DNA from: Fonticula alba ATCC 38817
Taxonomy: Eukaryota; Protista; Nucleariida
Length of the DNA stretch: 64,000 bases
Reading direction: 5' to 3' (one strand)
Assembly: GCA_000388065.2 (NCBI GenBank)
Contig: KB932205.1
The position numbers and the translations under genes are program-made. The stretch's first letter is position 1. Each line of letters begins with the position of its first letter. This document shows positions 25,801 through 36,600 of this stretch, piece after piece. The notes below the pieces were generated by a model. It made no database searches. It was not told where the DNA came from and was given only the letters and a program-made list of their open reading frames with translations.

Positions 25801-28800
25801 GGCACCGCGACCGGGCGCATGGCGCGCGCGAGGACGGTCTTGGCCAGGTTCGGGCAGACGGCCACCTCGGAGGCGGGGGCTGCCGGGGCGACGGCCACCG
25901 GCGAGGAGGCCCCCGGCCCCCGGCGGTCGGTGCTGACACCGGCCCCGGAGACAAAGCGCGGCGCCGGGGAGGGCGAGCGCCCACGACGGGCCGGAGGCCC
26001 GCCGGAACGCTGGACACGCAGCGGCGAGCAGCCGGTGGCATCGTCCCTGTCCTGCGAGTGCCCATGAGGGGGAAGGTCATCATCATCGTCATCCCCCGCG
26101 CTGTACCCTTCATCATCGGAGGCGCCCGAGTCGCTGGCCGGCAGGCCGTCGGGCCGCTTGCGCGGCTCCCCCGGAGGGGAAGCCCCCCGCTGGCGGAAGG
26201 TCTTGGCCGGGCGAATGGAGGACGTCTTGCGGGGGCCCAGGCGCTCGCCGGCCCGAGTGGGCCGTGCCTCGAGGTCACTGCCGCCGGAATCGCTGCCCTC
26301 ATCCTCCGAATCATCCAGATCATCGTCATCGGCATCGTCATCGGACGCGCCGCCGGCATGGTCGTACTCCGGCACCTCGTCGGTGCCAGAGGCATTGCAG
26401 GGGGTCAGCTCGGCTGGCTTCGGCCCGGAGGAGCCGCCGGGGTGGCCACCGGCCAGGGAGGTCCCCCCCCCCCCGCCGACCGGCGGCATGGTGGCCGACG
26501 AAATGAGGGCGGGCGAGGAGGCAGCCGAGCTGTCTGGCGTGGCGGTGGCGAACTGGTGCCCGGCCGACAGGATCCGGCCATCCGCACGGACGGCCCGGAC
26601 CGCCGGGCGTTGATGGAAGGGCGCCGACGTCAGCAGGGGAGTGGCCCCGGCCGGAGGCGTAACCAGGCCGGCCAGGGCGGCTGGCACGCCGGGAAGCTCG
26701 GTCACCAGGGGATACGGCACAGCCGGCGCCACCAGCAAGCCGCCAGTGCTGCTGAAGGTGGCCCCGGTGGCGCGATCACGACCGGTGGCCATTTCGCCCG
26801 GCGCACTGGACCCGGAAAGGGTCCCGGCATTGCCGGGCCCGGGGGCCCCGGGCCCCGAGGCACCCGAGCCAGAGGCACCGACTGTGGGGCTGGCATCGCC
26901 GGCAGCATCGGCGGCCTGGTCGTCGCCGCTCTGCTGCAGGAGATCATCCTCGGCCTCGGACTCGCCGGCGAAGCGACCAAAATCGAAGGCCGAAAGGGTT
27001 CCACCGCCGGAAGCGCGGAGCCCCGGCCCGGATTGGCGCCCGGGCACCGTGACCGGGGGCAGAACCGTGGAAATGGTGGCCGACTCGGCCAACATGCCCC
27101 CGGCCGAGTCGATGATGCCGAGCAGCGAAGAATGCGACGGGGCTCCGACCAGGTCCGATCCACAGGGCGCCAGCGACACATCCGAGCCGGAGGGGGAAAT
27201 GTCGAGGACCGCCGGGCCGGCGGCCGTGGTGGCCACCATGACCACCGGGTCCAGGGCTGTGGCGGCCACGGCGGCCGCCGCCACCGCAGCCGCCGCCAAG
27301 GCCGGCACCGAGGTATCCGTCAGGCTGGAGCTCAGCCGGCTGGCAATGTCGATCGAAGCCAAGGGAGGCCCGGCCGGCGTGGGAACCGCCCCCGTGCCGG
27401 GGACCATGGGCGAGGCGGCAATCGCCGGAGGCACGACCACCGTCGGCAGGACGCCCGGGGTGTCGGGCTCATCGTCCATGAGCTCGCGCTGGGCGCGGTG
27501 CGCCCGGCGGGCCTGCTTGGCGCGGTCGCGCTCGGCGGCGGCACGCCGCTCGAACTCGGCCTCCTGCTCGGCCAGGCGGGCCTCCTTCTCGGCGGTGCGT
27601 GCGGCACGCTCGGCTTGGCGGCGCGCGGTGGCGGCCACAGCGCGCGCGTCCACCACACGCCGGCGCCTGACGCGTAGGATGCCCTTGACCTCGGGCGCGG
27701 CCGGGGCCGCGTCGTCGGGAGCCGTAGCAGTGGTGGCCGCCGCCGCCGCTGCCGCCGCCGCCGCCGAGGAGGACGACGACGACGAAAGCAGAGGAGACAG
27801 GAAGTTGTTGATGGTCCAGCCGGAGGAGGCGGCCGGGGCCGGCTTCTCCATGCGCAGGGGGGCCACCGATCCCGGGGGCGGGGTGTCGCGCACCGCCACC
27901 GGGGCATTGGCGTCGAAGTAGACAACCCGGGTCTCACTGTAGCCGAAGGGCTTGAATCGAACCCCACTCGAAGAGGAGGAAGAGGAGGAGGGGGCAGAGG
28001 CGGAGGCGGAGGCGGAGGAAGTGCGCGGTGTGGTGCCAGACTCCAGGGACCCAGCGGAGTTGGGCGCCGAGCCGGAGGAGCCGGCCTGGCTGCTGACGGC
28101 AGCCTGCAAGCCGGAGCTCGGGCCCGAGGTGGTGCCCGATGCCAGGAAGGCCCGGGACATCATCGGCGAGGAGGGAGGGGAGCCAACATGCCGAGAGGGG
28201 GTGTCGGAAATCTGCAATGGCCCGGGGGGGAGATGCCCGCCGCTGGGCCGAGCCAAGCGAGATGACGTCGGCGAGGGGGGCGGCTGTTGCTGGCGGTCAT
28301 CCGCCACTTGGAAACCCCGCGTTTGGAGCTGCGACGGGATCTTGGTGCTGCCGCTGCCGTTGCCGCTAGCTGGAGGAGCCATCGAGCCGGCGGGGGAGGT
28401 GCCGGAAGAGGCGCCGCGCCCGGCCGAGCCTTCGGCATTACGCCGACGAAAGGCCTCCAGCCCGTCCTCATTGAAATCCACGACGCTCTTCCGATCTGTT
28501 TGGAGCTGCGACGGGATCTTGGTGCTGCCGCTGCCGTTGCCGCTAGCTGGAGGAGCCATCGAGCCGGCGGGGGAGGTGCCGGAAGAGGCGCCGCGCCCGG
28601 CCGAGCCTTCGGCATTACGCCGACGAAAGGCCTCCAGCCCGTCCTCATTGAAATCCGTGCGCAAAGACGAGGAGGGCGGCGACAAGGCGACACCGGCCTC
28701 GAATTCGGCGGTGGCATTCCGCGATCGGGTCACGCCGAAGGTCGAGGGCGACTGCGGCATGAGGACCGGGCTGGCTGGGGGCGGGTTGGTGGTGGAGCCG

Positions 28801-29567
28801 GGCGCTGAGGAGGATCGGAGAGGTCCAAGATCGGAAGAGCACACGTCCTCGAATTCGGCGGTGGCATTCCGCGATCGGGTCACGCCGAAGGTCGAGGGCG
28901 ACTGCGGCATGAGGACCGGGCTGGCTGGGGGCGGGTTGGTGGTGGAGCCGGGCGCTGAGGAGGATCGGAGAGGTCCAAAAGGGGAGGATGGGCGTCAGCC
29001 GGCGAGACAGGGCAACCGCGCAGAAGGACAGGGAAGCGGGGAATATACATGTGTGTATGCATGCGTGGACGTACCGCCAGGAGTCGGGACGAAGGGTGGC
29101 TGGGAAAGTTGGCTCACGCGGGCCGGGGCTTCGGAGGCGGCGGCGGAGGAGGAGGAGGAGGAGGAGGAGGAGGAGGAGGAGGAGGCAGGACCCTGGGGGC
29201 CGGGGCCACGGGAGTCCGTCGGCATCGGCGAAGCGAGAGGGCTGGCAAAGGAGGCGCTTGATAAAAGGGCCGACAGGCTGGATGGGGCGGTGGCGATCTG
29301 CAGCGGGGTCGGGGTGGACGCGCGGCTGGTGGCCGGCGATGTGGATGTACTGTGAAGAGGGGACAAAACAGCGACCGGGACACGGCCGCCGGCCGGGGGG
29401 GCGGCGGTGGCGGCGGCGGCGGCGGCAGCAGCAGCAATGGTGGTGGCAGCGGTGCTGCCACCCGGGGGCCGGTCACAGCTGGCGACCGACGACTGGGTGG
29501 GCGCGGGGCATATGTCCGGCTGCTCGGCGAGGGCCGCTCCGGGCGCCTCGTCCGGGGCCGAGGTCAT
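19828..29567 (-). CDS. PPP1R37 (LRRC68)-like leucine-rich-repeat PP1 regulator with a very long low-complexity N-terminus, ~3060 aa after removing artefactual duplications
   Basis: Exons ~29567-29075 (start uncertain; in-frame ATGs also at 29591 and 29750), 28954-22839, 22737-19828. The C-terminal RNI-type LRRs (LRVLDLAGNRLGDLGASQLASAL; IKDGVVAQSTLRSLALARTRIRTEGVIAISEAVAELPRLRHLDLSANGPLPLAGLMALRMAAKHGGGLRSICLDRRP) resemble my recollection of PPP1R37. The pre-LRR motif FYVQLCARYAVEPSEPILQQI is also present. The family call is by recall, not by search. Confidence 0.7.
28321..28656. repeat. 159-bp direct duplication bridged by adapter (artefact)
   Basis: GTTTGGAGCT...TTGAAATCC occurs twice with an offset of 177 bp. 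Confidence 0.95.
28480..28497 (+). other. Illumina adapter remnant (ACGACGCTCTTCCGATCT)
   Basis: Exact match to the 3' end of the TruSeq universal adapter. It sits between two identical 159-bp copies (28321-28479 and 28498-28656). Confidence 0.97.
28697..28978. repeat. 132-bp direct duplication bridged by adapter (artefact)
   Basis: CCTCGAATTC...AGGTCCAA occurs twice with an offset of 150 bp. Confidence 0.95.
28828..28847 (+). other. Illumina adapter remnant (AGATCGGAAGAGCACACGTC)
   Basis: Exact match to the TruSeq read-through adapter. It sits between two identical 132-bp copies (28697-28828 and 28847-28978). Confidence 0.97.
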
Positions 29568-31602
29568 AGCCACCGAGGCACCAAGGTGCATGCTGTGCAC
29601 AGCGGGGGGGGGGATGTCGGCGTGGCAAGAGGAGGGAAGGGCCCCGGCAACCGGGTCAGACGGGAGAGCAGAGGCGGGGCAAGGGGGAGTGGGTGGGAGT
29701 GCGGCTGGCGGGCACTCGAGCGAGGGGGGGGGGAGGCGGTGCACGCACATGGCGGAGAGCTGAACAGTGGGAGGGGCGGGAGGGGTGGAGAGGGCCGATG
29801 CAGTGGGTGATGCTTGCTGAGCAGATGGGGGGAAACCACAAGAGGCCGAGAAGTGAGGGCCTTCAGCGGTCGGCTACAGAACCATCGAGCACGGGCTTGT
29901 TGGGGGTAGCTCGGCTCGAGCTCGCTGACCAAGGGCTACGCCCGGGCGCGCACAGGCCCAGGGTGAGGCGCGAGGGTGAAAAGAGGGCGGACAAGAAGGG
30001 GGCCGTGGGTGAACACGGTGTCAGGCGAGTGCGGTGGCGAGAGGCAGCAAAGGGCAGAAGGCGAGAGCGTGGATACCGGATGGCGGGCGAAGCGCGCACG
30101 CGTCTGGGTGTCCTTCTCTCGGGCGCGCGATCGCGAGGGGAAGAGGCAGGGGGGGGGGAGGGGGCGAGGGGCGGGGGTGTGAAGGGGGGGGGGAGGGCTG
30201 CAGGCTACGAGCCGGGGATGCGGCCGGGGCGAGGGCGGGGGAGGGTGACACAGGAGGGGGGAAAGGCATGGTGCCCAAGATGGCGAGCGGAGGTGTGTTA
30301 CATCAGGGGGCGCCGCCAACATGGGCCAATGGGGGGCTCTTTTCAAGGGCCCCAGGCGTGATGGGCAGGGGCCATCTTGCCGGCCCACGCCAGGACCCAT
30401 GCAACACGTTCGGCCGCGAGCGCAAATGCGCTCTCTGCCCCCGGGAGCGGGTCCGGGACAGAGGGGAGATTTCTGGCGGGACTGGGGGGCGGGGGCAGTC
30501 TCCGGGAAACAGTCGTACTGGCGATGGGGGGGCGGAGGCACAGGCACATGTGGCGCGCGCAGGGGCGTCCGTCCGCTGGGGGGGGGGGGCGAGGGGCGAG
30601 CCGGCCGAGGTGGCGACTAGGCCGTCCCCCCCCCCCTCTGGCCGGGCAGGCCTGCCGGCCACTGGCAGGGACAGGACACCCCTGCACGGGAACGGCAGAC
30701 TCCGCACCAATGGCGGTGGACCAGGTCGAGCACCCGAGGGGGGGGGAAGTTGTCAAGTAGCCGTGCTCCCCCGGCCACAATTCGGCTCTGCGGGGGCGGG
30801 CTCTGGGACGGGGGGGGGGGCGGGGCCTGCCTCTCGTCAAGGCGGCCCCTTGCCCTGGCGGGGGGCAGTCGGGGGAAATGACCGCGCACGTACTGCGCAG
30901 ACAGGGGCGCGCCGGTGAGTTACACGGCTGGGCGGCGCAGCGAAAAGACACAAGCCCCCCCAGAGATGCACATTCTCCCCCCTCTCCCGAGGGAGCGGCC
31001 GAGCCGGGCCCGCACTGGGGGCTAGTTCACGGGGCCGGGACGCGCGCGCGCGCGCGCGCGTATCTCCCCTGCAGCGCAAAGGGGCGTTGGGCATGCAGGC
31101 GGGTCGACCGAAACACCCCCCTTAACCCATCGCCCTTCAGGGGGATGTGGCGGGCGTAAGGCGCGCTTGGAGCGGAAAAAAAAAGGCGCAGTTATATATT
31201 CCTCCCCGCCCGCCGTCCCGCCCCCTCCAGTCGGCCGTCCGGAAGTTACCCCTGCTTGACACTGTTTCTTTTCCCCCCCCCCCTCCTTGTCGCTAAGTTT
31301 TCGGCATGCGCGTGCCTGTCTGTATATGTGTGTGTGTGTCTATGCGTGCGTGTGCGTGCGCGTGTGTGTGTGTGTGTGTGTGTAACGGAACGGGGGGGGG
31401 ACAGTAGCGGGACTGAGGGGGTCTGCTTGCGCGCGCGAATGCGACACACACCTGCCAGGAAGGGGACGATGGGGGCGCTGTTGGGGGCGCAGGAGAGCGC
31501 GGCCCGAGATGCATGGCGGCCCGCCCCACAAACGGCTGCACCCTCAAATGCAGCCGGCACATGTGCACTTGTGGCGACGGGGGGTGGGGGCGGGGAGGGG
31601 CC

Positions 31603-32341
31603 NNNNNNNNNNNNNNNNNNNNNNNNNNNNNNNNNNNNNNNNNNNNNNNNNNNNNNNNNNNNNNNNNNNNNNNNNNNNNNNNNNNNNNNNNNNNNNNNNN
31701 NNNNNNNNNNNNNNNNNNNNNNNNNNNNNNNNNNNNNNNNNNNNNNNNNNNNNNNNNNNNNNNNNNNNNNNNNNNNNNNNNNNNNNNNNNNNNNNNNNNN
31801 NNNNNNNNNNNNNNNNNNNNNNNNNNNNNNNNNNNNNNNNNNNNNNNNNNNNNNNNNNNNNNNNNNNNNNNNNNNNNNNNNNNNNNNNNNNNNNNNNNNN
31901 NNNNNNNNNNNNNNNNNNNNNNNNNNNNNNNNNNNNNNNNNNNNNNNNNNNNNNNNNNNNNNNNNNNNNNNNNNNNNNNNNNNNNNNNNNNNNNNNNNNN
32001 NNNNNNNNNNNNNNNNNNNNNNNNNNNNNNNNNNNNNNNNNNNNNNNNNNNNNNNNNNNNNNNNNNNNNNNNNNNNNNNNNNNNNNNNNNNNNNNNNNNN
32101 NNNNNNNNNNNNNNNNNNNNNNNNNNNNNNNNNNNNNNNNNNNNNNNNNNNNNNNNNNNNNNNNNNNNNNNNNNNNNNNNNNNNNNNNNNNNNNNNNNNN
32201 NNNNNNNNNNNNNNNNNNNNNNNNNNNNNNNNNNNNNNNNNNNNNNNNNNNNNNNNNNNNNNNNNNNNNNNNNNNNNNNNNNNNNNNNNNNNNNNNNNNN
32301 NNNNNNNNNNNNNNNNNNNNNNNNNNNNNNNNNNNNNNNNN
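31603..32341. other. Assembly gap (~739 N); other gaps at 489-595, 2659-2819, 54112-54194, 62982-62991
   Basis: Runs of N in the sequence. The larger gaps abut G/C homopolymers. Confidence 0.99.
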
Positions 32342-33610
32342 CCGACAGGCCGACCACGGCCGCGAGCCCTGCACACCCCCCCCCCCGGCGCCGGGGTGTC
32401 GGAAATATGTTCCCTCCCCCGCCGGCCCGGCTCGCTCTGTCCCGCGAGGCCGTCCATGTGCAAGGGCCGCCCGGCGGTGTTCGCAGCACCCATTTCCCGG
32501 CCTCCGGCAAAGAGTACCAGCGCCCCCCTCCCGGCCCGGCCCGCGCGCCCGGCCTGCCCGCCCCGGTGCAGGGCCCATCACTCATCGGCATTCGCCAATA
32601 CCTGCCCCCAGGTGGGGGCCCCTCCGCGGCTCTCTGCCCGGGGGGGGGGGACCGGGGGAGCAGGCGCAGCCCGTTGGGGCGCACTATCCCCGGCATTGCC
32701 CCCTGTTTCCCCCCTCCCCCTGTCGCAGCACGTTTTCTCGGCCTTCTTCGCGGCACGCATGGGGACATGCGTGTATCCCTCTCCGAACGGGGGTGTCTGT
32801 TTTATTTTCCTCTTTTCGTGCGTCCCAGTGCGGGTTGGTTTACGCTCACCCGAATGCCCGCAGGTGTGTGTCTATTGTCAGTTGTGTGCGCGTGTGCAGC
32901 TGCTTGTCCACCTTGCCCGCCCTGGCTCTCGCTCTCTCCCGCGCGGACACAGCCGTCTCTCTGGGCAGGTCCCCCCCCCCCCCCTCCCAGCCAGGCGCTC
33001 GGACGCCAGCCGGCACATGTCCACCTGCAGCAGCCACCGGTCAGGGCAATTCCAACTGCCGACCGACGATGGCGGGCGGTGCCCACCCTCGAGGATAATG
33101 CCATTCGAGGTGTCACGCCCGGGCGTGACCCCGGCACCCGATCGCCTGATCGGCAGATCCAAAACAACCACCCCCACTTCGTTGGAGGCCGGCCACCGCC
33201 CGGGAAACGCGCCGGGGCGGGCGGGCGGGGGGGGCGGCGCGCCCGCCGTATTGGCTTGTGTCCCCCGTCCCCCCCCCCCCCCCTCGGGTGGGCCTGGCAC
33301 ACACCACCCCCCGCCGATCCAGCGGCCAGTAAACCACCCCGGCCGCCAGGAAAGCATGCCCGGAGGAGCTGCCGGCCTGGAAGAAGAGCCACCGGCCCGC
33401 CTGGCGCCTAGATGAGGGCTACGCGACCGGCAGATTTCTGCTTGCCTCCCCCTCGCCGTTGCCCTTTTTTCTGTTGCCTCCGCCGGCAGTCCCCTTTTCT
33501 TCTGTCACTTTCCGCCCCCCCCCCCCTCCCGCCCCCTCCTTTCTTCTTTCCTTCCTCCCCCCTCCCCCCTGCTCTCTTTCCGTCTCCTCCCCTCCACATC
33601 TCAGATCGCC

Positions 33611-36600
33611 ATGCCGGCCATCGCCGGGAGCGGCACCCTGGCCGCCCCGCCCCTGGCCGATGGCGAGTGCGTTGCTTCCACGCCGCTGGTCATCCGCCGG
33701 TGGCTGCCGGACAGCGGTGTCGACGCCGGGCTCGACGCCACCGCCGATGCTCCTGCCGCCATGACGGCCACCAGCGGGGCCGATGCCCCGCACGAGGGGG
33801 CCCCCGTTTCGGCGGATGACATGGCCGGTCAGTCGGCTGTCCCGGCCGCCGACCTGCCCCTTCCCTGGGCGGTCAGCGCGACGGCCACCTCCGGCCCGAC
33901 CCCGCAGCCGGCCCGACGCGATGCCATCCCCACCGACGGGGCCATCACCACCCTGCTGGGGACCCAGCCCGAGCAGACGCCCCGGCTGGCGGTCCTGTCG
34001 CCTGACGAGCGGTTTTTGGCATCCGTCCGCCGGGACACCCCGGCCCCCGGCGGGTCGACCGCCGACCAGGCGACCGTGGCCTTCTTCCGTACGGCCACCG
34101 AGGAGGCCTTCTCCTTCCGGGTGGCCCACCCGGCCGGGCTGCCGCTGCCGACGGCCCACTGGCTGTCCTTCGGGCCGCGCGATGCACGCGGTCTGGTGGC
34201 CCACAGCCCGGCCCTGGACAGCCTTAGCCCGCGGCATGCGCTGGCCACCCTGGTCGGGGCCCGGCGCCTGCTGCTCTTCTTCCCGCGATCTGGCGCGCCG
34301 GGCGAGCGCCTGCCGGCCACCGGGGCCCGGCGCTTTCGCCCGGTCCCCTGGGCGGCTTTCGGCTCGGTTGACGAGGAGGCCGCCCGGGCTGCCGGTCTCG
34401 GGTTTCTGCCCGGAGCCACCGAGCCCGGCTCTGCCAGCCCCCTGCCCGCTGGCCAGCTAAGTGACCTGGACTCCTCGGATGACGAGGCCCCCGTCAGCTA
34501 CGAGGAGCGCAGCGCCCTGCTCAAGTCGCTGCCCTCCTTCGGGGTGTACACCGACACCCAGCGCCGGCGCCGGCCTCAGCCCTTCCTGCTGGCGCACCGG
34601 CCACGCGGGGGCCTCTGTGGCCCGGTTGCCGCCGCCCCCGCTGGCCTTTTTGCCGATGTGCTTGACATCGACCTGCATGCCATCCTGGCCTCCCGGTCGC
34701 CCTTCAGTGCGTCTTGTCTCCCTCCCTCCTTCTGCCGGCCGCCCCCATGTTTCGGGCCCCCTCCTGGCCGGCGAAGTGCCACTGCCCTTCATCCAGCCCT
34801 CCTGACCTTCGGCTTTCTCGTCCATGCGCCCCCCCCCCCCCGTTCCATGTGCGCGTGTGTGCGCATGGCCATCAGCCCCTCCCGGCGGCACGGCGCACTT
34901 CCGGCTGATCGGTGCTGGCGGAAGCACCATCGTGCTCCTGGTCAATGCTTGCCACATCCTGTGTCTGTCGCTCGTCGAGGAGCCTTCCAGTGCGCTGGCC
35001 GCCGAGATCCGGGCTTCGTCGCTGCTGCGAAATGGCCGACCCGGCCGCGCGCCGCGCGCTTTCCCCGGGTTTGCCCTTGCCCCTGCCGGCAACCTGCGCA
35101 TTCAGCCCACCTGGGTGGACGTCGGCCGGCGCCTCCGCCGTCGACTGCCCATGCTGCTGTCCCTGTCGGCCCTGGTGGCCGGGGATGCCTTCCACCCGGG
35201 CGATGCGCTTCCCCTGCTGACCGGTGGACCGGCCCTTGTGGTGTCGGCCGTCGTTGTCGGGGACTTCCTCTACCTGCTGACCGATGGCGGTGTTCTGGCG
35301 GTGCTGTCCCTCTCCGGCGATGTCATCATGGCGGTTCCGCTGGCGGCCCTGTCCTCGAGCCTACTCCGAGTGGTGGAGCCAATCTCGACCTCACCCGCCG
35401 GGCCACTGCCGGCCCCGCTGAGTGCGTCTTTCCATCCCTGCTACTTGGCCCTCCTCTCGCCCGGTCCCCCCCTCTCGCCCGGTCCCCTCCCCCCTCCCCC
35501 TCCCCCCTCCCTCCGCCCCCCCGCCCTCTGCTGACCATCCACCATGGTTCCTGTCCACGACATGTGCCTCTTGCTTGGGTCCCACTCCCCGGGCCTTCCT
35601 CCAGATCATGTGCCCCTTCTTGACCTGTCGGTGAGTGCCGACGGCTTGCGAGTGGTTTGCTGGCGTGTGGCCGACAGCGCCCTGGTCAGCCTCTGGGTGC
35701 CGGATCTGCTGCAGCATCATCCTCTGACGGCGACCTTGTATATGCGCCTGCTTCGGCGTCGGATTCTCCCGCGCGAACTCCACCAGCGTCTTGCCCAGGC
35801 ATATGTCCTACAGGGGGCGGCCCTGGCCCAGGCGGCCCGGATCGCGGCCCACACCGAGCACGGCTCCCCAACCAACAACCCCAGCCCGGGCGGTGCGCCG
35901 GTTTCCACCAAGACCCTGGCCATCCCGGGCGCCATGGCACACGGTGGCGACCGCACGGGCCCGGGCGGCTCGGCCCCCCATCTGCACCGAGCCCTGTCCT
36001 CCTCCATCACCGGGAGTGGCGGCAGCGCCGGCGGCGCATTCGGCCTGATGTCCTCCAGCCCGGGCATGTTGTCCGTGTCGGTGGCCAGTGTGGAACTTGG
36101 CCGGACGGCCGGCTCCGGCTTCAGCTCCGGCTCCGACGACGAGGACATCCACGGGGCCGATGCCGCCTCCATCGGCAGCCCCCACTCGCAGCGTTCGCAC
36201 GGCGCCGACCCCGGCGATGGTCCGGCTGTTGCCGCCTCGCGTTCCGAGCAGGGCCACCTGGCCAAGAGTCTCTTTAGTCTGGCCGGCCAACTGGCGGCCG
36301 ACGACTTTGGCGGCCTCTCCTCCGATGATGAGGATGACTTTTCCATCGCGGGCGACGCCTTCTCGGCTGCCACCGGCCCGGGCGGTCATGCTGGGGGTCC
36401 GGGCGGCCCGAGTGCGGCCGCCGCGGCGGCCGCCACCTCCGGCCGGACCATGACCCGCTGGGAATTCGGCGCGCTAGTACACGGGCCTGCTGCTGGTGCT
36501 GGTGAGGGCGACCTCGCCGACCGGCGATCGGCCCTCGGCCAAGAGCTCCTTCCTCTCGTGGCGCCCGACCGAACGGTGGCCCGCAAGGTCCGGCAGATTC

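Noticed and set aside
23460-27677. Long plus-strand ORFs antisense to real genes (e.g. 23460-27677, 27952-29355, 49200-52781, and 42636-45626 on the minus strand)
   Set aside because: These are shadows of GC3-rich coding sequence on the opposite strand. Translations are Arg/Gly-rich with no domain, and the other strand has the recognisable protein.
28321-28978. Internal tandem peptide repeats in the LRR protein as a real repeat domain or target-site-duplicated insertion
   Set aside because: The spacers are Illumina adapter sequences, so this is an artefact and is reported as such.
31533-31556. 8-bp hairpin CGGCTGCA/TGCAGCCG before the large gap
   Set aside because: Chance-level for this composition, with no other supporting feature.
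33112-33129. Perfect 18-bp palindrome GTCACGCCCGGGCGTGAC upstream of SPG11
   Set aside because: A rough estimate at ~70% GC gives about one such palindrome by chance per 64 kb.
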